Shown here: positions 54,941 to 64,000 of the stretch, piece after piece
Numbering within the stretch: the first letter of the stretch is position 1
Layout of the letters: each line of letters starts with the position of its first letter
NCBI GenBank assembly: GCA_951406725.2
Contig: OX597823.1
Location: 30,194,001 to 30,258,000 of the forward strand
Direction: 5' to 3'
Length of the DNA: 64,000 nucleotides
Source of the DNA: Octopus vulgaris
Taxonomy: Eukaryota
Notes under the pieces: generated by a model
Databases searched by the model: none
Told to the model about the DNA's origin: nothing
What the model saw: the letters and a program-made list of their open reading frames with translations, nothing else
Program-made: the position numbers and the translations under genes

Positions 54941-55224
54941 TAAGTATCCGGACTGTTGCCATAGTAACGAAGCTAAAGCACGCAGAGTAAAGACGCTTGG
55001 CAAAGATTGACCTTAAACTCTGCTTTGTTTGAGCACAAAGTTTTAATGTTCTAACTCACTTCCGCTGTTTACAGCAGTGCTTGAAAGGAAGGTTAAACTC
55101 CGAAATTTCTCATGTTAAATACATTTATATATAAAGATGTTGCATTTACTGCGGAATCGACTATAAAGGACGATTAGAGCAAAATACATTACCGGATTTG
55201 TGCCTAAATCAAAGGCCGTTAAAA

Positions 55225-55470
55225 ATGTGGCAAAATGTCAAAATCATTAGAGCATCGGATAGACGCTTTCAGTATTTATCCTAACTCCTTAGATTCTGAG
55301 TTCGAATTTGGCTGAGGTCAACTTTACCTTTCATCATTTCCGATCGATAAATTAAAATAACAGTTGAGCACTGAGATCGATAAAATCGACTTACCTCCGA
55401 CCTACTTAACTGCTAATCTTGAGCCAAAATCTGCAACAATTATTTCTGGCTTTGTATCAAAATATGAAGC
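55225..55470 (+). mobile_element. SINE family B, highly diverged
   Basis: TTCTGAGTTCGAATT..GAGGTCAACTTTACCTTTCATC..AATCGACTTA. Confidence 0.6.
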
Positions 55471-55644
55471 CATCATCATCACCATCATCATTATCATCGA
55501 CGTCACCGTGCATCGTCGTTGCTATTATTATCATGCACAATACATATTTATATGCATTTTATATCTGTGTGTATATTATTATGATGTTAAATATATAACA
55601 ATACTTATACAAGTGTTTATGTAGCTATGTATAAACATTCACCT

Positions 55645-56056
55645 ACTCTTTTCTCTTTTACTCTTTTACTTGTTTCAGTCATTTGACTGCGGCCATGCTG
55701 GAGCACCGCCTTTAGTCGAGCAAATCGACCCCGGGACTTATTCTTTGTAAGCCCAGTACTTATTCTATCAGTCTCTTTTGCCGAACCGCTAAGTGACGTG
55801 GACGTAAACACACCAGCATCGGTTGTCAAGCAATGCTAGGGGGACAATCACTGACACACAGACATACATATATATATATATATACATATATACGACAGGC
55901 TTCTTTCAGTTTCCGTCTACCAAATCCACTCACAAGGCATCGGTCGGCCCGGGGCTATAGCAGAAGACACTTGCCCAAGATGTCACGCAATGGGACTGAA
56001 CCCGGAACCATGCGGTTGGTTAGCAAGCTACTTACCACACGGCCACTCCTGCGCCT
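55645..56056 (-). mobile_element. SINE family A
   Basis: Full-length match. Confidence 0.9.
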
Positions 56057-56495
56057 CTGTATATTTCAATAAACTTTAACATATATATATATATAAACAC
56101 ACACACACACACACACATTTGTGTGTGTGTGTGCGTGCGTGTATGGAAACTCCCTCGAGATTTTTGGAGAATACTCAAGTAATTACAATCTGGTTAGAAT
56201 AGTAACTAGACCATTAGATGTATGCATTCGTTATGTATATACATATATGAATACACTTATGTGTATGCACACGCACTGGTGTGTGTGTGTGTGTGTGTGA
56301 GTGTGCGTGTGAGTGTGCGTGTGCGTGTGTGTGTGTGTGCTCGCGCTTGCGTGTGTGTGCGTGTAATGAGAGACAGGATGAGAAAGAGACAGTAAAAGAC
56401 GGTTGATAGATAGATAGATAGAGATGGATAGATAGATAGACAGGCGGACAGACAGACAGACAGATATATATATATATAGATAGATAGATAGATAT

Positions 56496-56572
<77 letters not shown>

Positions 56573-56579
56573 CAAATAT

Positions 56580-56630
<51 letters not shown>

Positions 56631-57283
56631 CAAAGAGAGGGAGACAGACACATAAATAGATAGATAGAGAGAGAGAGATGCGTACATTCAAATATATGTA
56701 CACATATACGTGCATAGACGCATACATATACCTATATATTTACACATATTCAGACAGACAGGCTAGTATGTATGGAAACACAGTTACTCATATGCATACA
56801 CACACACACACACACATACATAAAAACACACATTCATATACATTCACAAACAGACGCAACTATACACAGGCCCAACTACATACAACCGTCACTCACTCAC
56901 CTTCTTACAAACAGGTAACTCTTGTGTGTTGTGTCATAACACCGAGATTTCCTTGTCGTTACTCAAGTGATAGTACTACAGTCATATTTTCGCATCAGAT
57001 ACAAACAACTTTCACTTTCTAAAAATAAACCATTCTTCTCGCAGCCACTCGCTACCAAGCTGTCTGTCTGTCTGCCTGCCTGCCTGCCTGCCTGCCTGCT
57101 CAACTCTGTAGTTTGCTTTCTTATGCAAAACGTCAATTACAACGTATATAAAGCTGTAGCAGCATTGCAGTTTATTCGTAGTGAAAAACCGTCTGTGAAG
57201 ACACAACTAACACGATTCTCTAAAGCAAATGGTCTTCAGTTGGGGGTGGTGGGGAAGCATACCAAATTTTTAGAGGCAACCTG

Positions 57284-57357
<74 letters not shown>

Positions 57358-57359
<2 letters not shown>

Positions 57360-57583
57360 GATTGTCTTAACTGGTACATCACACGTATTGAGAAGAGCAT
57401 TGTCGATGTGAGAACTGTTGCTGCTCATGTATTTTAATTTAACTTTAAAAAAAAAAATAAAAAAAATGAACGAACTACTGAGTTTGGTTTAATGGCCTAC
57501 CAATGTATACTATGAGTTTCTTTGCCCTAGGAGTCGGGAAGACACTCGGCAAGAAATGGAAGCAAATTTGAAAGAAGAAAAAA

Positions 57584-57585
<2 letters not shown>
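57358..57585 (+). mobile_element. R4/Dong-clade LINE extreme 3' end (family 5)
   Basis: KIVLTGTSHVLRRALSM* then a UTR with CCCTAGGAGTCGGGAAGACACTCGG; (AAT)n on both sides. Confidence 0.78.
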
Positions 57586-57676
<91 letters not shown>

Positions 57677-58109
57677 GAGTCCACAATATTTTCTGCGTGT
57701 CCATACGCAATTGTAACTACCAGACGTGCGATTGGATCGATCGCGTTGTCATAATCCTTTTATTTTAATTAATAATATTTATTTGTGCGTAATTTGAGCA
57801 GCATGTCTTATTGAACACTTCTACAGCTTACTACTGCTATGTAGTATATAGCTTCCGAAATGAAAATACAAAGATTTATCACACGAAACAATATTATTTA
57901 CGCAGGTATTTCGTAACACCTGAGGAATACAAATTGCCAGGATATCTGCTCGATAATTTTTTTTTTGTTGTTTTCACGAGTTTACCTTCTTTCTCCCTTT
58001 CTTTTTTTCTTTCTTTCTTTCTTTATTTTTTATTTGTTTGTTTGTTAACCACGTATACCTTATTAAAGTAGTCCCTATAGGCTATTATTATATCATAATA
58101 GAATTTTCG

Positions 58110-58470
58110 TTTTACTCTTTTACTTGTTTCAGTCATTTGACTGCGGCCATGCTGGAGCACCACCTTTTAGTACTTATTCTATCGGTCTCTTTTTGCCGAA
58201 CCGCTAAGTGACGGGGACCTAAACACACCAGCATCGGTTGTCAAGCAATGCTAGGGGGACAAACACAGACACACAAACACACGCATACATATATATATAC
58301 ATATATACGACAGGCTTCTTTCAGTTTCCGTCTACCAAATCCACTCACAAGGTATTGGTCGGCCCGGGGCTATAGCAGAAGACACTTGCCCAAGATGCCA
58401 CGCAGTGGGACTGAACCCGCAACCGTGTGGTTGGTTAGCAAGCTACTTACCACACAGCCACTCCTGCGCC
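58110..58470 (-). mobile_element. SINE family A with an internal deletion
   Basis: Match with a CTTTTAG|TACTTATT junction. Confidence 0.9.
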
Positions 58471-58863
58471 TAATACAAAATTTCATCTCATAGCTATTGT
58501 TATCAACTTATATATCTGTTTATTTTTGGAAGCTGCTGCAAACATTTTTCTGTTTATATGATACAAATACAATTAATAAACATTGAAAATGATAAAAGTG
58601 ATTTTGTTTTTATACATATTTTTTTTCTCTTGATTCAATTAAGGGTATCTGTAAGAGGATTACGGAGGTATGTTAGTTTTAGAAGGGTCAGGTGGGTGGA
58701 GGAACACGAGCAAAACAAGTTTGACTACAACTGATCTATAGAACTATCCATCTCACCATTCAATCCATTCATCAACGCAATATATACATCCGTTCATACA
58801 TGAACACATGCATATATACATACACACATACACATTTTACATACATAAATACATACATCCACG

Positions 58864-58894
<31 letters not shown>

Positions 58895-59355
58895 AGAAGT
58901 ATGTGTGTGAGTAATTGTATGCGCACACACACATACACACACACACACATACATATACGTGGGTGTATTGTGTTGTCCCACACATCAACCCGCCCATCTA
59001 CGCATTCATCCAGCCATCCACCCATCCCATCGAATACTCCATCTCATACCTCCATGTATCTATATATCTACCCTCCGAACCACCCGTCTGTCCCTCTATA
59101 CATGCCACCATCCTACAAGGAACCAAATATTTATCCCAATACGTCCACGCACCCCTACCCCATACACCAACCCATTCCATCCGTTCATCACTTCATCCAC
59201 TCTTCAGTCTTGCCATCCATTATTCTTGCCACCCATCAGTCTTGCCACCCGTATATAAAACCCTTCTCTCAACCACTCACCTACCAATCCATAATACCAT
59301 CCAATCACCTACCACCAGCCCGGCCAGCCAGTCAACCACCGCATATGATCCTATA

Positions 59356-59540
59356 TGGTTGTTGAACCCGCTAGAAAGAACAGCCAAAACTCCTCCACGT
59401 TACAGCCTACCTGCTTAAATAAAGCACATCCTATATAACTGAGTCCGACACACACATTCCAAAACGACAGGTTGGTCACGGTTGGAAAGCCTTTAAGGGT
59501 AGGTCAACCCGATCAAAGTTAAAAACAGCAACAACAACAC
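59356..59540 (+). repeat. Old dispersed repeat (family F); related copies at 61190-61495 (-) and probably 37400-37565 (+)
   Basis: AAAACGACAGGTTGGTCACGGTTG is shared with the reverse complement of 61246-61272. Confidence 0.55.
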
Positions 59541-59884
59541 ATCCAATGACAACAACAACATAACATCTGAAATACCATCCAATAATCTAATTATCCGTTA
59601 TTATCTCTTAATTAAAGTATTGACCATTCTAGAAAAAAAGGGCTAACAATGAAACCCTTCTTTCTTTTTTGTTGTTGTTGTCTTTCACCTTTTTTCTGAT
59701 TGCGATAACGACGACGACGACGACGATGATGACAATAATATCAACAATGACAAGCACGACAACCACCACCACCACCACCACTACTATACAACCATGTCCA
59801 CTAGTACCAGCGCCACCACTACCATCATCCCCTCCACTACCACAATCACCGTTACCACCAACACCACCAATACTATACTACTAC

Positions 59885-59936
59885 TTGGCCAATTTTTGCT
59901 TCAGTGATGACGTCAACGGTAGGTGTTCTGACGTCA
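59885..59936. promoter_or_regulatory. CCAAT box plus two full CRE palindromes
   Basis: GGCCAAT near 59887-59893; TGACGTCA at 59908-59915 and 59929-59936. Confidence 0.35.
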
Positions 59937-60014
59937 TTAGTGCTAAGCCAGTCTCAGAAAACTGGGAACTTTTTTCTTTCCCTTTGTTATGCTGTTTGTT
60001 TATATATTGTGTAG

Positions 60015-60070
<56 letters not shown>

Positions 60071-60264
60071 CTACCTCACACTTCACCCACTCATTCACTT
60101 ACTCTCTCACTCACTCACTCACTCATACTATTACTCCCACTTCGTCTCTTATTGAAGGTCAAAATGATCTGATTGGTCGAACGTATCCAATACACGGTGT
60201 GCCTATTTGTGTGTGTATGTGTTCATACATACATACATACACGCTCAAACACACACACACACAG

Positions 60265-60299
<35 letters not shown>

Positions 60300-60641
60300 T
60301 TTTAGTGATTGGAATAAGGTGACATCACGCCAATATTCAGTATGAGACAAGTGTATATGATCGGGTGAGTAAGGGGTGGCGGGTAATACATCATAAATAT
60401 TCAACCATGATGTAATGCTCTCAAGAACTCTTTCATTCAATGCCACATTTATACACACACACGTACATATTAATATTATATAATATATATATGTATATGT
60501 AAATATATATGTATATAGACAGGTATATATATTCACTTATATATATATATATGTATGTATAGACACACACATACACACGCACACACGTACATGTTAATAT
60601 TATATTATATATAAATGTATGTACACATGTATATTTAAATA

Positions 60642-60745
<104 letters not shown>

Positions 60746-61566
60746 GTATGTATTCACACACACACACATATATATATACATACATGTTCCTCTTTTCTTT
60801 CATCCTTAATTTTTTTTTTAATGCGGCACAATGATTCTCTTATATCTTTCTTTCTTTCCTTTCGCTCTTTCACGAACACATATTTTTGTATGCATCCGCG
60901 TTAACGCTTTCGTGCCGCATCGTACAGAAATATCCGTGTATGTGTGTATTGCGTGCATGTGTTTGGTATGTGTTATGTACTTGACGCTCACTCACACACA
61001 GACAGAATAAGACTAAGAATATCTCATACATTCACATCTCATAACATTTGTTATTAAGAATATAGTCAACAACATTAACAACAACATCAATTACAGCAAC
61101 AACCTTCTACCAAATATTTTGTTGTAAGCAGCCAACAACACAACACAGACGTTTAACTAACGGATGAGACACAGATGAACCAATGGATAGTGGTGTTTAG
61201 CCCCCAGGTCAGCCTTGATCGAGCAGATCTATGATAAAAGGAGTTTCAACCGTGACCAACCTGTCGTTTTTGTACATACGGAATGACGTTTGCTAACATG
61301 TCTTTCTTTATTGCTATAGTCAATCATGGTTGACTATGTCCAAAATCAAAGGCGATTCTGCCATGACCTCGGCTGTCATGTTGTTGTTGCTGTTGTTGTT
61401 GTTGTTGTTGATGATGATGATGATGTGATTTTGCGGGAGATTTGGTTTCTATTTCTAGCATGTCGAATGACTATGTAGAGGCTTCCTCATCGCTTCATGT
61501 GACATAAGTGTATATGTCAGTTTATATGTGTGTATGTGTGTGCATGTGAGTGCGTATGTGTGCGTA

Positions 61567-61624
<58 letters not shown>

Positions 61625-61911
61625 GCATTTGCTTTGAAAGTATCTGATGCATGTTTGTGAATGTATGTTTATTTGTCTGTGCCGGGTGTGACTAGAAGAC
61701 TACTAAGCGAACACCCACTTGATCATATAAACAATATTATTGATTGTTGTTCCATTCATCGCCAATGTGCTTGAATTGAATTATGAAATGTTCGTTAAAT
61801 AGCTTTTGCGTAAGAATATTTCAAGAGCCATCTCAACTTCAAATTAACTCTCCCTTTATGTTAAGCTATCATGCAGTTCTGTTGGTAGCTGCATCCACAT
61901 ATGCAGGCATC

Positions 61912-62780
61912 TACAAGTAGCATTCCAAAAGGAGGGACATTTATTATTTTCAAAGTACAAGACTCTAATCTCTTTCAAAGAAAGCTCCTTTGATTTCACT
62001 TGTAGCTCTCAACCCACTTCGTGAAGGCCGCCATGCACATCCTCCAAAGTTTAGGTATTCAGGACAGTTGTTACGGCTCCCATCTTCTCAATGTTTTCAA
62101 AACGGAAGTTCCAGAGTTTCTCTTTCATCTTGGAAAACAGCAAAAAAGTTATAAGGAGCAAGGCCTGGATTGTAGCAAGAATAAGGGGCAGTTTTGATGC
62201 AAATCATCGTCAAATAGTTGGTTACCAGTATACTCATCACTGAGCACCCGGGAATCCAACTTTGCACGAAATTTACGCATGTTCAGATTATCATGATTAA
62301 TTCTGGGTATTGTCTTTATAGGCACACGACGGTCTTCCTCTTGAAAATTACGTATTTTCTCATCTAGCTCTAATGTCCTTACGTCCTTCTCCCTCCCACA
62401 CCTCTCATCACCTCTCATCGCCTCTCACCTCCACTCAGCCATCCTTGAACCTCTTATTCCAGCGGAAAAAGTTAATCCATATGCAGTCGGAAGCATTTCA
62501 CAAGTTTCCGTTGAATTTTTACCCAGTTTACACAAAAATCTGTTGCACAGTGACCTTCCAAACGTCCTAACTGCATTCGGCAAACTAGTCAGCTGTGATA
62601 AGCAGTTTTTAGTAGGATGTGTTCAAAATGCTATTACAACCAGCTCCTTCAAGGTAGAATTTTTTAAAATGTTGGCAACTCAGCTTATCACGTGTATAGT
62701 AATGGCAGACTTAAATTGCAAATATTTTGGACAGTTATAACAAAAAAAAAAGTCCCAATAATTCTAGAATGCTCCTCGTA
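61912..62780 (-). mobile_element. Decayed, internally deleted mariner transposon
   Basis: TIRs TACAAGTAGCATTCC / GAATGCTCCTCGTA. Relics FCVKLGKNSTETCEML, GDERCGR..EDRR..LNMRK and YNPGLAPYNF (YSPDLAP motif). Confidence 0.85.
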
Positions 62781-63327
62781 TATACACAGGCATAAATGTA
62801 ACTATACACACGCACGTGACCTGTGACTAAGTTTCCCACCTCACCGCTTTTTGCCACCGGACGCTTATCTTGTCGGTCAACATCTATCTCCTCTCTCTCT
62901 GTTTCTCTATATCCATTCAGGGCTTCTTCCAGCTGTTACCCATCATTGAAGTCTGTTTGGCCGAAAGGCCGTATTTATTCCGTCTTCGTCAATTGTTTTA
63001 CATCACATTTGTTTATTTTCGTATGTCCAACCTGTGTTGGTCTGCTTACTCGATCTCTAATTCTCCCTGGCTGGGTGGGTGTGTATGTGTAGTGAATGTA
63101 TGTATACACACACGCACACACACACTGATATATATATATATGTTAAAATGAAATTACGATGAACGTAAACAAACAAATGAAGTTTGCTTTAGAAGCGTTG
63201 AGATGTCTTAGAAAGTTAAAGAAGTGATTTTAAATTCTCAAACGCAGGATAACGCTAATAATATAGCCTGAACAGGATAAGTTACCCTTAGTTTGCAGAA
63301 AAAAGTGTTGGCGACCGGCTATACCTA

Positions 63328-63404
<77 letters not shown>

Positions 63405-63408
<4 letters not shown>

Positions 63409-63565
63409 GAAATTTGCAGATAAACAAAAGACGAAGACAGGTGTATTAGTTAGACGGGAAGGTGAGAAAGTCTTTTACGTTTCGCGTCTACGCTCTTCAA
63501 CAGAAAGGAACACGAGGAGATAAACAGAGGGAGAATTAAAAGAAAACTTGTGGATTTAGCGGTCG

Positions 63566-63570
<5 letters not shown>
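63405..63570 (-). mobile_element. PLE-type tail remnant with a hammerhead fold, inside (TA)n
   Basis: Minus 63507-63472: CTTT-CTGTTGA-A-GAGCGTAGACGC-GAA-ACGT-A-AAAG; same architecture as 19866-19899. Confidence 0.6.
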
Positions 63571-63599
<29 letters not shown>

Positions 63600-63890
63600 T
63601 AGTAATGGTAAGACAACAAAAGAATGAATGTGACCTCGATATTATGTAAATTGAGGAATTTATCTGTAATATGATATGTGACAATTATTCGGTTGCCATC
63701 ATTTTTTACTTTCTCCTCTTCGGATTTCCCCCCTTATTTAATGCTCATTCTAATAGCTCTTTTGTTTGTTTTAATAACGGTCAAATACATAGTAATTTCC
63801 CTTTGTTCAACGGTCATTTTCATAGCATTATTTTGATTGCCTCAGAGTCTTATTATGGCAACTAAATAATTGTCACATATTATATTACAG

Positions 63891-63949
<59 letters not shown>

Positions 63950-64000
63950 CACTTATGAGGCTCTCATAAGTGCTACTGGTAACATGGAATCCAGTAAAAC

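Noticed and set aside
57145-57172. TATA box plus Inr-like motif
   Set aside because: Spacing is about 24 nt rather than about 30, and the motif is common in this AT-rich DNA.
58808-59418. Pro/His/Ser-rich ORFs
   Set aside because: Decayed (CATC)n/(CA)n low-complexity sequence.

Overview
Non-coding, very repeat-rich, AT-rich animal DNA. The SINE families and microsatellite load point to a cephalopod, probably Octopus; this is inference and no search was run. I can support no intact host protein-coding gene. Nearly all ORFs in the track are translations of microsatellites, SINEs or decayed transposons. Contents: (1) about 17 copies of a tRNA-derived CORE-like SINE with an internal microsatellite, about 15 copies of a Meta-domain SINE, and one V-domain SINE; (2) fragments of four, probably five, R4/Dong-clade (restriction-like endonuclease, RLE) LINE families plus a ~555-bp non-coding passenger element ('family C'), all in (AAT)n tracts and all in the same orientation relative to the tract; (3) Penelope-like element (PLE) remnants, including an RT fragment and many minimal type-I hammerhead ribozyme folds, mostly in (TA)n; (4) a decayed RTE LINE, other LINE scraps, two mariner relics, a Tc1/mariner MITE, two non-autonomous Helitrons, a 22-bp minisatellite and several long fold-backs. 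The best candidates for an undescribed system are a tRNA-headed, hammerhead-tailed short element inserted as a Penelope-style inverted dimer with a 14-bp target-site duplication (TSD; 35937-37335), and the microsatellite landing-pad guild it feeds: SINEs seed (AAT)n/(TA)n, and Dong LINEs, family C and PLE tails then target those tracts.
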